Shown one piece after another: positions 1-9,130 of a DNA stretch of 64,000 bases. The position numbers and the translations under genes were made by a program. Under the pieces are notes generated by a model, which was not told where the DNA came from, ran no database searches, and saw nothing but the letters and a program-made list of their open reading frames with translations. Positions within the stretch are counted from its first letter, which is position 1. Each line of letters starts with the position of its first letter. The stretch covers positions 89,368 through 153,367 of the forward strand of contig JBKVKY010000012.1 of the NCBI GenBank assembly GCA_046986985.1. The letters are read 5' to 3'. Source of the DNA: Bacteroides xylanisolvens. Lineage in GTDB: Bacteria; Bacteroidota; Bacteroidia; Bacteroidales; Bacteroidaceae.

Positions 1-120
1 AGATACAACCAGTCTACGGATATAATTATATATCGGCACCTGAAAAGAGTCCATCAGCATCTTGAATCCCCGTTCGCGATTCGAGGCACAAGCTTCACGA
101 ATTTTATTCTCGTTTATCAT
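1..120 (-). CDS. ECF-type RNA polymerase sigma factor, N-terminal 40 aa (continues past window start)
   Basis: Manual translation of the minus strand from ATG at 120: MINENKIREACASNRERGFKMLMDSFQVPIYNYIRRLVVS, resembling the region preceding ECF sigma region 2. Confidence 0.65.
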   Translation of the reverse strand, partial: MINENKIREACASNRERGFKMLMDSFQVPIYNYIRRLVVS

Positions 121-149
121 CAATTCTTTTTCTGAACTTTATTAGTTAG

Positions 150-172
150 AACGCAGAAGACTGACGAAGTTA
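150..172 (-). promoter_or_regulatory. Candidate ECF-sigma promoter (AAC-N15-CGTT) upstream of the sigma gene
   Basis: Minus strand reads tAACttcgtcagtcttctgCGTT about 30 nt before the ATG; resembles the sigmaW/sigmaE-type consensus. Confidence 0.4.
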
Positions 173-296
173 AATATGGGATTTGGTATTTTGCTTTTAT
201 TAACAAGAGAGGGAGAACTGGCGGAAATCATTGTCGGTATATACGATAGGAATAAACGCATGATTCCTGATGACGTTCTGATGAAGGTAGAAAATT

Positions 297-375
297 ATAG
301 TGACGCTATATGCTCGGGATAGTGACGGTATCATTGTCTCATACCGTCACTATCTTTGCCGGATAGCGTCACTAT
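297..375. repeat. Four 13-bp units at 22-bp spacing, two forward and two inverted (nested palindrome)
   Basis: atagtgacgctat (297), atagtgacggtat (319), ataccgtcactat (341), atagcgtcactat (363). Confidence 0.85.
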
Positions 376-422
376 GTTTTTAGTAGAAATACTCTATTTA
401 TAAGCTGTAAACAAGGAGATGA

Positions 423-599
423 TTACCAGAACTTATTGTGTTCCGCACTATATTCAAAGCCTGCGGCTTTCAACTGATTCACTAATTCATCCTTGTTCAC
501 ATTCATATCTTCACAAAGTTCGTCAAGTGAAGAATAGCAGTCGCGCAACTTCATATTGATGACGCTGAACAACATCATCGGATCTTTTGGTAATTCCAT
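423..599 (-). CDS. DUF4250-like small protein
   Basis: MELPKDPMMLFSVINMKLRDCYSSLDELCED...GFEY pattern; the ATG at 599 is preferred over the longer ORF start. Confidence 0.8.
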   Translation of the reverse strand: MELPKDPMMLFSVINMKLRDCYSSLDELCEDMNVNKDELVNQLKAAGFEYSAEHNKFW

Positions 600-660
600 A
601 ACATACAATCTTTTAAACCGGGGGCAAAGGTACAGCAATCCCGTTGAATGGCAAAACAAA

Positions 661-2205
661 TCAATCTCCTATTTCTTCTATCTTCAAAGAGATTTTTTCT
701 ATTAGTTTGCTGATTTCTTCTTCCAATGGGATCACATTGAAGTCTTTCCAAAAGTTCTCATCGTATTTGAAATATGTGTCGGAGAAGATTGTACGGGTAG
801 GCAATCTTTCTGTACGGGAAAATGCGGTTACCTGTCCGGTTTCCACCTTGCAAGTAATCATCTCAAACCAGATATGAAGGTCGCGACTGCCAAACAGCAT
901 TTTTGTACGTTTCACTTTGAAATGAAGATCGCCCCGGATATGATGTATGTAATAAGTTCCTTGCCACGGTTTATAAGAAATGGTATATACCACTTTTTGA
1001 GGAATCATGCGTACATTGCGTGCGCGCCTTTCGACGAACATACCCGCCGCATTTTTCACATATACAGGATGAACTTCCAGACGGGCTTGCAATAAGGCGC
1101 TCGTTTCAGAATCAAGGAATAGTTCTCCGCAAAAAAGAGGTTCACTGATTCCTTTTTTCTGTTCAAAATGCACCACATTTACAAACCGGTCTTCTAAAAA
1201 TGTCACGCCCTCCGAAGTATAGGTATAAATGCTATTCTCGATACTGGGAATCAGGAATTCGGGCATATCTTTTATGATATCCATCTGAATACAAGCCTGA
1301 ATTCCCGACTTCACTTTTACCAATAAGCTATCTTTCGCTTCCACATTGCTTAGCCGACTCATTTTCAACAGCTTCACTTGATCTGGCATTGCAGAATGTG
1401 AGGATGTCTTATAAACCTTGAACACTGCTTCCGACAAGTTTTGGAATTTGTTTTTCAACTGAACTCCTTCACGATAAAAGGTAGTCAGATACACGGGAGT
1501 ATGCGAATAGTTCTGTTCCCTCCGTTCAATCATTTCTCGCAAAAGTTTCTTTGGTTCACTTCGACGAATCACTACTTCCTGCAAAGAAACCACTTTAGGT
1601 TCGAGACTAAGTATATTGTGCCGTCCAATCAACAAAGCAAACTCTATATCTTGTGAAAGATAACCTATATGAGAAAAGGTAATCGAATCGTTTTTTAAAG
1701 AATCGGGTAAGGACAGTTTAAAATCTCCATTCTGATTTGTTATGCTGCCGATAGATGTCCGCCTCACTCCAACAGTAGCTGAAGAGATGGGCACACCCGT
1801 CTCCTTATCCAGCAAAGTGCCGGTAATGGAAAAGTTAATAGGCTGCTCCGAAATGGAATCCTGTTGTATATGAATCTTTTTCTCCGAAGGGAGAGTAATC
1901 AGAATATGAGTACCAATCACCTGAAACTCCAAACCGGTATCTCCTACTATATCATACACTGCTTGGCGAATAGACCGTTCTCCTCCCTTTATCTTCACGA
2001 CAGCATCATTATCAATAACTTTACTGTCATAAATAAACATATATCCCGACTGTTGGGAGACATTACCTAATAATGAATAAACAGTGCCTTTTGACTTGGG
2101 AAGCCGAACTATCCGTTCCAATACATCGCCCCCATCCGCTCTCATCGTATCGACTACGAAAAAGAGTATGAATAGAATGGATAGATAGCAATAAGCCTGT
2201 TTCAT
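661..2205 (-). CDS. Secreted protein: STN-like domain + carboxypeptidase-regulatory-like (CarbopepD_reg) domain + uncharacterised C-terminal domain
   Basis: Signal peptide; LLGNVSQQSGYMFIYDS...LEFQVIGTHILI (STN-like); ITGTLLDKETGVPISSATV...GSITNQNGDF...FSHIGY (CarbopepD_reg). Confidence 0.75.
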   Translation of the reverse strand: MKQAYCYLSILFILFFVVDTMRADGGDVLERIVRLPKSKGTVYSLLGNVSQQSGYMFIYDSKVIDNDAVVKIKGGERSIRQAVYDIVGDTGLEFQVIGTHILITLPSEKKIHIQQDSISEQPINFSITGTLLDKETGVPISSATVGVRRTSIGSITNQNGDFKLSLPDSLKNDSITFSHIGYLSQDIEFALLIGRHNILSLEPKVVSLQEVVIRRSEPKKLLREMIERREQNYSHTPVYLTTFYREGVQLKNKFQNLSEAVFKVYKTSSHSAMPDQVKLLKMSRLSNVEAKDSLLVKVKSGIQACIQMDIIKDMPEFLIPSIENSIYTYTSEGVTFLEDRFVNVVHFEQKKGISEPLFCGELFLDSETSALLQARLEVHPVYVKNAAGMFVERRARNVRMIPQKVVYTISYKPWQGTYYIHHIRGDLHFKVKRTKMLFGSRDLHIWFEMITCKVETGQVTAFSRTERLPTRTIFSDTYFKYDENFWKDFNVIPLEEEISKLIEKISLKIEEIGD

Positions 2206-2226
2206 TTTCTCAAGTTTAAATGAGTT

Positions 2227-3084
2227 TTATTCTGATAACAAAAGAATATCCCCTTGCCGGACACATTGCAGACCGAGTGCGCTAGCTATCAGAGTAGCTA
2301 CGACTTCAGAAGACTCATCAGAAAATTCAACCGTCAACCTACGTTCCTCCAATGCAGGTGAAGCCACTTGAATCTGCAAACTATCCGAATTCAGGTTCAT
2401 CACTTTCAGAATGTTCGCCAAAGATTCATCTTTAAAACGTATGTGTTTAAAGAAGCTCCCCCACTCTTCATTCTCTTTATCCGCATCGAGAACGACTAAT
2501 CGTTGCGATTGCACCACTACTGCCTCTCCCGCTTTTACATAACATTCCTGATTTCCTTTTTTTAGAGTAACTTTCACAATCCCTCTTTGTACAGATAAAC
2601 GGAACGGAGCATGTTCATCGCTCTGTACACTGAAAGCGGTTCCCAAAACTTCAATTTTAGCTTGTTCCGTATCAATCCAAAAGGGTTGTCCCTGCTTCTT
2701 TGCTACGTCGAAGAAAGCATTTCCCTGCAAACTCACTTCCCGTTTATCAGCAATAAAATGCTTCGGATATAATAAGGAGGTTTCCTTTGCCAAAAGTACC
2801 ACAGAACCGTCTTCAAGAGTCGTTGCCAAAGTGGAAATGCCTTGATTTTCCTGTGTAAGAAAATTCTGTGCCGGTTCTCTTTCAGAACCGGTCATCCAAT
2901 ACAAAGCTCCCCAGACGACGCCTATCAAAACGGCGGCAACTGCTCCGTATCTGATCCATTGTGAATGTTTGCGTATAGAACAGCCTTCATCAACTTTCGC
3001 AAGTAAACGGTCATTGTCCAGGCGATTATACAATCGGTTCCATGCCTGATCTGTCTTTATTTTATAAATTTCTGTTTTCATCAC
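2227..3084 (-). CDS. FecR-family anti-sigma factor
   Basis: Single TM helix then TLEDGSVVLL...REVSLQGNAFFDV...IEVLGTAF; overlaps the ECF sigma stop by 4 nt. Confidence 0.9.
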   Translation of the reverse strand: MMKTEIYKIKTDQAWNRLYNRLDNDRLLAKVDEGCSIRKHSQWIRYGAVAAVLIGVVWGALYWMTGSEREPAQNFLTQENQGISTLATTLEDGSVVLLAKETSLLYPKHFIADKREVSLQGNAFFDVAKKQGQPFWIDTEQAKIEVLGTAFSVQSDEHAPFRLSVQRGIVKVTLKKGNQECYVKAGEAVVVQSQRLVVLDADKENEEWGSFFKHIRFKDESLANILKVMNLNSDSLQIQVASPALEERRLTVEFSDESSEVVATLIASALGLQCVRQGDILLLSE

Positions 3085-3632
3085 TTCATGTGAATATAAG
3101 TTTCAACTTCTTCTCGTAATGTCCGGAGGGCTTTTGTCATTTCAGCTTCTACTGTTTTTACCGAAAGAGAAAGCTGTGTCGCTATCTCCACATATTTCCG
3201 CCCCTCCAAACGGTGCATCTCAAAAATCTGTCGTCTGCGGACTGGCAGCTTTTCAAGAGTGCTATTTATGAATTTCTGTAATTCCTCATACTCCATCTGT
3301 TGATGAGGATCTGTCGACTGCTCCGGATTAGAAGTGTTCAATACTGCTTCACGGTATCTATTCCTAACTTCTTCGTGTTCACAATACTGCAAAGACTGAT
3401 TGCGAGTCGCTCTGTACAGATAGCTTTTAACGGACTGGAAAATCTGTAAGCGCTCCCTTTCTTTCCAAAGCACATAGAAAAGCTCTTCTACAATCTCTTC
3501 CGCTACCGCCATCTGCCCGGTAATGCCTGCCGCATAACAGCAAAGAGGAAAATAGTAACGGCGAAAGAGTTCCTCAAACGCTTTTATATCACCTTCCTTT
3601 ATCTTTTTTAGTATGAGCAGTTCATCCAGCAT
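3081..3632 (-). CDS. ECF sigma-70 factor (Bacteroides expansion family)
   Basis: GDIKAFEELFRRYY, AEEIVEELFYVLW, SYLYRATRN, C-terminal HTH EIATQLSLSVKTVE. Confidence 0.92.
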   Translation of the reverse strand: MLDELLILKKIKEGDIKAFEELFRRYYFPLCCYAAGITGQMAVAEEIVEELFYVLWKERERLQIFQSVKSYLYRATRNQSLQYCEHEEVRNRYREAVLNTSNPEQSTDPHQQMEYEELQKFINSTLEKLPVRRRQIFEMHRLEGRKYVEIATQLSLSVKTVEAEMTKALRTLREEVETYIHMK

Positions 3633-3682
3633 ACTTGCTTTTCTTTATGATTGACCTCAAATATAAGAAAACTATCCCTGTT

Positions 3683-4942
3683 TCAATTCGATTGCTTTTT
3701 CAATTTATCCACTGCGTGCTCTAAAGATTCCGTAGGTTCGATAATATTGTAGTTTCCCCAAAAGTCAGGATTCCAGTATTCGTCTACCTTATCATAAAAT
3801 ATTTGATTCAGGCTGAAAGCTTCTTTGTTGGGTATATTCTCCAATACTCCTTCTTTTCTATCGGTCACTACCATTTCGGAAGCTACCGTATAGCTCGTGG
3901 AAAACAACTTCCGCTTCCAGTCACATTTAAAACGGATTGTGTTATGAATATAGTTCAGATACGTTTTTCCATCTACATCTTTATAAGTGACCAGATAAGA
4001 GAGTTCTTGCGGTTTGAATCTTAAACCGAGAGGTTTCTTATACAGAATTGCGGTAGTCGCCTTCGATTTATTCTGCATATCCAGACTCATTTCTATACGG
4101 GTGAATGACAACCGTTCACGATCGATATACAATTTACCGTATAATAAAGCGTACATGAGAATGACTTTCGGGCGGAAATTAATAACATACTGCATACGAT
4201 TATCTATAAGCATGGATTCTGCCATCCAGAATTCGTAATTATTCAATTCTTCAAAATCGAGTAACGCTCCCTTGTTCTTCACGACATCCAAAGTGACGCC
4301 TAGATTAGGACCACCCACAACTTTGACAGCTAATGTGTCACTCGCTTTCTGACTAAGCAGACGACGTCCCTTCTCCACCCGTACTTTATCATAGTTTATA
4401 TTTCTATTGGTATAGGCTGTTTTAGACACATTGAGCACTGCTTCCGATATACCGATATATCGACGCCCTTTCTGTACGGTTTCCCGGTAAAATCCCGTCA
4501 GCATATCACGCTTATCACTATAATTTAAAGGAATCTTATTGATTGCTTTCTCTACAATTATACGTGGATTTTCGGCAAATACCACCACTTCATTCAATAG
4601 ATTGGAATGAGGCGTCAACCAAACTGTCAACATAGCGGCTGTTTCTTTCTCCAAAGAGATATGAGTATTTACATAACCGATATGTGAAATGTCCAGTTCA
4701 CGCGGGGTTTCCGTTTTTTTAATCTTCAAAGCAAATTCTCCTTCCGCATTGGTCACAGTACCGATATTGCTACCATGCACCGATACATTTACGTTCTCCA
4801 GAGCTTTTTTATTTTGCTTGTCTTTCACCATACCAACAATCGTAAGATAATCTCCGGCATCTCCTTGCGCCCACACAGGATAGCTACAAAGCAGCAAACA
4901 AACTGATAGCCATCCAACCAAGTGTTTTTCTACATTCTTCAT
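3683..4942 (-). CDS. Secreted CarbopepD_reg-domain protein, paralog of 661-2205 without the STN domain
   Basis: Signal peptide from MKNVEK; IVGMVKD...GTVTNAEGEF...ISHIGY; C-terminal region aligns by eye with 661-2205 (FYRE, SEAV, FW..YN.I). Confidence 0.75.
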   Translation of the reverse strand: MKNVEKHLVGWLSVCLLLCSYPVWAQGDAGDYLTIVGMVKDKQNKKALENVNVSVHGSNIGTVTNAEGEFALKIKKTETPRELDISHIGYVNTHISLEKETAAMLTVWLTPHSNLLNEVVVFAENPRIIVEKAINKIPLNYSDKRDMLTGFYRETVQKGRRYIGISEAVLNVSKTAYTNRNINYDKVRVEKGRRLLSQKASDTLAVKVVGGPNLGVTLDVVKNKGALLDFEELNNYEFWMAESMLIDNRMQYVINFRPKVILMYALLYGKLYIDRERLSFTRIEMSLDMQNKSKATTAILYKKPLGLRFKPQELSYLVTYKDVDGKTYLNYIHNTIRFKCDWKRKLFSTSYTVASEMVVTDRKEGVLENIPNKEAFSLNQIFYDKVDEYWNPDFWGNYNIIEPTESLEHAVDKLKKQSN

Positions 4943-5091
4943 ACTGATGCTTTTTAAAGGTAAATAAATTGCGTTTCTACTAATAAGAGCGCTCAAACCG
5001 GAAATACCCTACAGCTTTTACAAAAAAAAGAAAAAGAAATCAGATTTCAATACCATATCCGGAAATTAATAGTAATTTTCCCGGCAAATTA

Positions 5092-5931
5092 ATGATAAAA
5101 GCAATCACTATGATACGCAAATTAGACAAGACCGAATACGCCCTGGCTGCATCGTTAGCATTGGAGGTATATATACAATGCGGAGCGGAAGACTTCGATG
5201 AAGAAGGTTTGAATTCATTCAAAAGCTTTATCTCCAGCGAGCAACTGATGAATGAATTAGTGATTTACGGTGCTTTTGAGGATAAGAATCTGGTTGGCAT
5301 CATGGGGACAAAGCATGAAGGGAAACATCTTTCTTTATTCTTTATCCGAAAAAAGTACCAATGCAAAGGTATCGGCAAACAGTTATTCTGTTTCGCTATC
5401 AATGATTGTCCGGTAGATGAAATGACTGTTAATTCATCCACGTACGCTATCCGTTTTTATCAAAGTTTAGGATTTGAAAAGACTAAAGAGAAGCTATGTA
5501 CTAACGGGATAACTTATACGCCAATGATATTCAAGAGGACAGTCAGAATCAGTTCCATCGCACCTTGTGGAATGGACTGCGCATTATGTTATGCTTTTCA
5601 AGATGTAAAAAAGCCTTGCCCCGGTTGTAGAACCCAAACAGGAAAAATTCGGGAAAGTTGCCAAAACTGTATCATTTTCTCATGTGATAAGAAAAAGTAT
5701 TATTGTTTTGAATGCACAAATTTCCCTTGTAAACGATTAAAAGCACTAGATGCAAGATACCAAAACAAATACAAAATGAGTATGATTATGAATCTTACAT
5801 TCATAAAAGAACAGGGAGAAGAAAACTTCTTAATATGGCAAAATCATAAATACACCTGCCCCAAGTGCGGAAAACTGCGAACTGTGCATTACGACTACTG
5901 TATTCACTGTAAACAACAGAAGTTAACATAA
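5092..5931 (+). CDS. GNAT acetyltransferase fused to a Cys-rich DUF3795-like domain
   Basis: YQCKGIGKQL, TVNSS, FYQSLGF (GNAT); APCGMDCALC...CPGC...CFEC..FPC...CPKC...CIHC. Confidence 0.75.
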   Translation: MIKAITMIRKLDKTEYALAASLALEVYIQCGAEDFDEEGLNSFKSFISSEQLMNELVIYGAFEDKNLVGIMGTKHEGKHLSLFFIRKKYQCKGIGKQLFCFAINDCPVDEMTVNSSTYAIRFYQSLGFEKTKEKLCTNGITYTPMIFKRTVRISSIAPCGMDCALCYAFQDVKKPCPGCRTQTGKIRESCQNCIIFSCDKKKYYCFECTNFPCKRLKALDARYQNKYKMSMIMNLTFIKEQGEENFLIWQNHKYTCPKCGKLRTVHYDYCIHCKQQKLT

Positions 5932-6014
5932 CTATAATGAATCCCTCCCGATAGAGCTACAATTATATTTGTTAATTATGCTTGTGAATATGTATTTCAT
6001 ATAAAAATAGTTTC

Positions 6015-6022
6015 TACCTTTG
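6015..6022 (+). promoter_or_regulatory. Bacteroidetes sigma70 -7 box (TAnnTTTG)
   Basis: TACCTTTG 8 nt before the ATG at 6031. Confidence 0.6.
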
Positions 6023-6030
6023 CGACCGTT

Positions 6031-6462
6031 ATGATGAAGTACATATTCTGTATACTATTAGGCGTATTTCTGAATTGGGGATTCCATCTGATTTCCGATG
6101 AAGCACAGGAGGCATACCGGTTAGAAACCGGTAGTACCAGTATACAAACCTATACCAATTCATACACCTCCAAAACCAGCATCATACAACTGGATAAAGA
6201 ACAGAAACTAGTCAAAACAAAAGAATACACCGGAAAGCAAGATTACAATAACGATAATGGTGTTTTAAATCCATTTTCTTTCCGACACCTCTCTCCTTTA
6301 AAGATACTACGATTCAATATTCCTTCTGTCACTATCCGTATACTAAGCTCTCTGAAGATTCAGCTTCCTCAAAACCAATGGACAGGTTTTTCATATTATA
6401 CCAATCTTTTTAAATATTCTGATAGATATCATATCTATTCATTAGGTCACATACTCATTTAG
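6031..6462 (+). CDS. Hypothetical protein with N-terminal signal/TM segment (possible leader protein)
   Basis: 143-aa ORF with its own -7 box; hydrophobic N-terminus; ends DRYHIYSLGHILI. Confidence 0.55.
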   Translation: MMKYIFCILLGVFLNWGFHLISDEAQEAYRLETGSTSIQTYTNSYTSKTSIIQLDKEQKLVKTKEYTGKQDYNNDNGVLNPFSFRHLSPLKILRFNIPSVTIRILSSLKIQLPQNQWTGFSYYTNLFKYSDRYHIYSLGHILI

Positions 6463-6610
6463 CCATTTTATATTTTTTCCGGCATAAGACTATTCCAGTC
6501 TTTGATGCCTCACTTTCTGTTTGCGTCCTCCATTTAAGTGAAAAGAGTATTCACTATGGTCCGGAAGCCAATAACATTCTTTTTTTACCATAACAACCAA
6601 AGTATATAAA

Positions 6611-7246
6611 ATGGACTTTTTATTGGATTTCATCCTTCATATCGATCAATATATGGTTATGATTGTGCGTGATTATCATGCCTGGACGTATGCCATTTTG
6701 TTTTTTATAATCTTCTGTGAAACCGGATTAGTGGTCACTCCTTTTCTTCCCGGTGATTCTCTACTCTTCGTTGCAGGAGCTATTTCTGCCTTACCTGACA
6801 TGCCTATCAGTGTGCATATACTCGTTATCATTTTATTTGCCGCTGCCGTATTAGGCGATTCCTGCAATTACATGATCGGACATTTCTTCGGTCGAAAGCT
6901 TTTTAATAATCCCAATTCCAAGATATTCAAACAAAGCCATCTGGAGAAGACACACGAGTTTTATAAGAAATATGGTGGGAAAACAATTATTCTGGCCAGA
7001 TTCGTCCCGATAGTACGCACGTTTGCCCCCTTCGTAGCAGGAATGGGAAAGATGAACTATTACTATTTTATGATGTATAATTTAGCGGGTGGTGCGGCTT
7101 GGGTTGGCATATTCTGCTACGCCGGTTATTTCTTCGGAGACCTTCCGTTTGTACAAGAGAACTTGAAACTGCTGATCGTTGCCATCATATTCATCTCTAT
7201 ATTGCCTGCAATCATAGAGGTAGTACGAGCCAAACTAAAGTTTTAA
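6611..7246 (+). CDS. dedA: DedA family membrane protein
   Basis: [39 protein letters not shown]. Confidence 0.92.
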   Translation: MDFLLDFILHIDQYMVMIVRDYHAWTYAILFFIIFCETGLVVTPFLPGDSLLFVAGAISALPDMPISVHILVIILFAAAVLGDSCNYMIGHFFGRKLFNNPNSKIFKQSHLEKTHEFYKKYGGKTIILARFVPIVRTFAPFVAGMGKMNYYYFMMYNLAGGAAWVGIFCYAGYFFGDLPFVQENLKLLIVAIIFISILPAIIEVVRAKLKF

Positions 7247-7323
7247 AACACCAAACTATAATCTGTATTCATTTGTTACTAATATAAATAGAGAAGAAAA
7301 AACAATTTAAAGTTTTTACACTT

Positions 7324-7971
7324 ATGAAAAATTCTTTTTTTAGCCGGTTTACTCCAAAGGAGCCCAAATTTTTCCCATTGCTGAAACAACTTTCAGAAGT
7401 GCTTTGTGAGGCATCCGTTGTTTTAACAGAAAGCTTGCAACATGACTCACCAACAGAACGTGCAGACTACTACAAGAAAATCAAAGAGCTGGAACGTGAA
7501 GGGGACAAACTGACGCATCGGATTTTTGATGAATTGGGCACTACATTCATCACTCCTTTCGACCGTGAAGATATTCATGACTTAGCTTCCTGCATGGATG
7601 ATGTCATCGATGGAATAAATAGTTGTGCCAAACGAATCTCTATTTACAATCCCCGTCCTATCTCGGAGAACGGCAAAGAATTGAGCCGTTTGATTCAGGA
7701 AGAAGCGACCTACATCTGTAAAGCCATGGACGAACTTGAAATATTCCGTAAGAAACCGACTCTTCTCCGGGAATATTGCTCAAGATTACATGAAATCGAG
7801 AATCAGGCAGATGACGTATATGAATTCTTTATCACCAGGCTATTTGAAGAAGAAAAGGATTGCATTGAACTTATCAAAATTAAAGAAATCATGCATGAAC
7901 TGGAGAAAACGACCGATGCCGCAGAGCACGTAGGCAAGATTCTGAAAAACCTGATTGTAAAGTACGCATAA
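7324..7971 (+). CDS. DUF47 / PhoU-like Pit accessory protein
   Basis: ELEREGD, TFITPFDREDIH, EIENQADD; directly upstream of a Pit transporter. Confidence 0.88.
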   Translation: MKNSFFSRFTPKEPKFFPLLKQLSEVLCEASVVLTESLQHDSPTERADYYKKIKELEREGDKLTHRIFDELGTTFITPFDREDIHDLASCMDDVIDGINSCAKRISIYNPRPISENGKELSRLIQEEATYICKAMDELEIFRKKPTLLREYCSRLHEIENQADDVYEFFITRLFEEEKDCIELIKIKEIMHELEKTTDAAEHVGKILKNLIVKYA

Positions 7972-7986
7972 AGTAAGCCGGAACAC

Positions 7987-9003
7987 ATGGAATTATTAGT
8001 GACTATCATTATTCTGGCTCTGATATTCGATTATATCAACGGCTTTCACGATGCAGCAAACTCAATAGCTACAATCGTATCTACCAGGGTGCTTACACCC
8101 TTTCAAGCTGTACTATGGGCTGCTTTCTTCAATTTCGTTGCTTTTTTCATTGCCAAATACATTATAGGCGGATTCGGTATTGCCAATACAGTATCCAAAA
8201 CGGTGGTAGAACAATATATCACTTTACCTATTATATTGGCAGGAGTGATAGCAGCCATCACCTGGAACCTGGTAACATGGTGGAAAGGTATCCCGTCTTC
8301 ATCCTCACATACGCTTATCGGAGGATTTGCAGGAGCTGCCATTATGGCAAACGGGTTTGAAGCAATTCAACTTAATATCATTCTTAAAATTGCAGCTTTC
8401 ATCTTTCTGGCTCCTTTTATCGGAATGGTGATTGCTTTCGGTTTCACTCTGTTTGTGCTTTACATCTGCCGCCGTGCACATCCTCATACAGCTGAAGTCT
8501 GGTTTAAGAGGTTGCAGCTCGTTTCTTCCGCTCTCTTCAGCGTCGGACATGGTTTGAATGATTCACAAAAAGTAATGGGTATCATTGCCGCTGCCATGAT
8601 AGCCGCCCATTCTATGGGATTGGGTATGGGTATCAACAGCATCAATGACCTTCCCGACTGGGTTGCTTTTTCGTGTTTCACCGCCATCTCACTCGGCACC
8701 ATGTCCGGAGGTTGGAAAATAGTAAAGACAATGGGAACCAAAATCACCAAAGTAACCCCATTGGAAGGAGTAATTGCCGAAACAGCCGGTGCTTTCACTC
8801 TCTACATTACGGAAATGCTGAAAATCCCCGTTAGTACAACACATACTATCACAGGTGCAATCATCGGAGTAGGTGCAACCAAACGCCTCTCTGCCGTTCG
8901 CTGGGGAATAACAAAAAGTCTCATGACTGCCTGGATTCTTACAATTCCGGTCAGTGGACTCCTGGCAGCAGCTATCTATTATATTGTTTCCCTCTTTTTG
9001 TAG
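7987..9003 (+). CDS. pit: Inorganic phosphate transporter (PiT family)
   Basis: NGFHDAANSIAT, GIPSSSSH, HGLNDSQK, IPVSTTH signatures. Confidence 0.92.
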   Translation: MELLVTIIILALIFDYINGFHDAANSIATIVSTRVLTPFQAVLWAAFFNFVAFFIAKYIIGGFGIANTVSKTVVEQYITLPIILAGVIAAITWNLVTWWKGIPSSSSHTLIGGFAGAAIMANGFEAIQLNIILKIAAFIFLAPFIGMVIAFGFTLFVLYICRRAHPHTAEVWFKRLQLVSSALFSVGHGLNDSQKVMGIIAAAMIAAHSMGLGMGINSINDLPDWVAFSCFTAISLGTMSGGWKIVKTMGTKITKVTPLEGVIAETAGAFTLYITEMLKIPVSTTHTITGAIIGVGATKRLSAVRWGITKSLMTAWILTIPVSGLLAAAIYYIVSLFL

Positions 9004-9130
9004 AGGAAAACAATATAATGAATAATTGACTGCCGATACTCTCGAAAAAGAAAAGAGCTGAACATCCATGTCCCTTGTCTCTTTTCTGTCTAACTATCAG
9101 GAAGAAAAAAATGAATAAATCCATCACTAA

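Noticed and set aside
176..322. 48-codon plus-strand ORF (MGFGILLLLTREGELAEII...)
   Set aside because: It is short, runs into the palindromic repeat and has no family I can recognise; it may be a gene fragment but this is unsupported.
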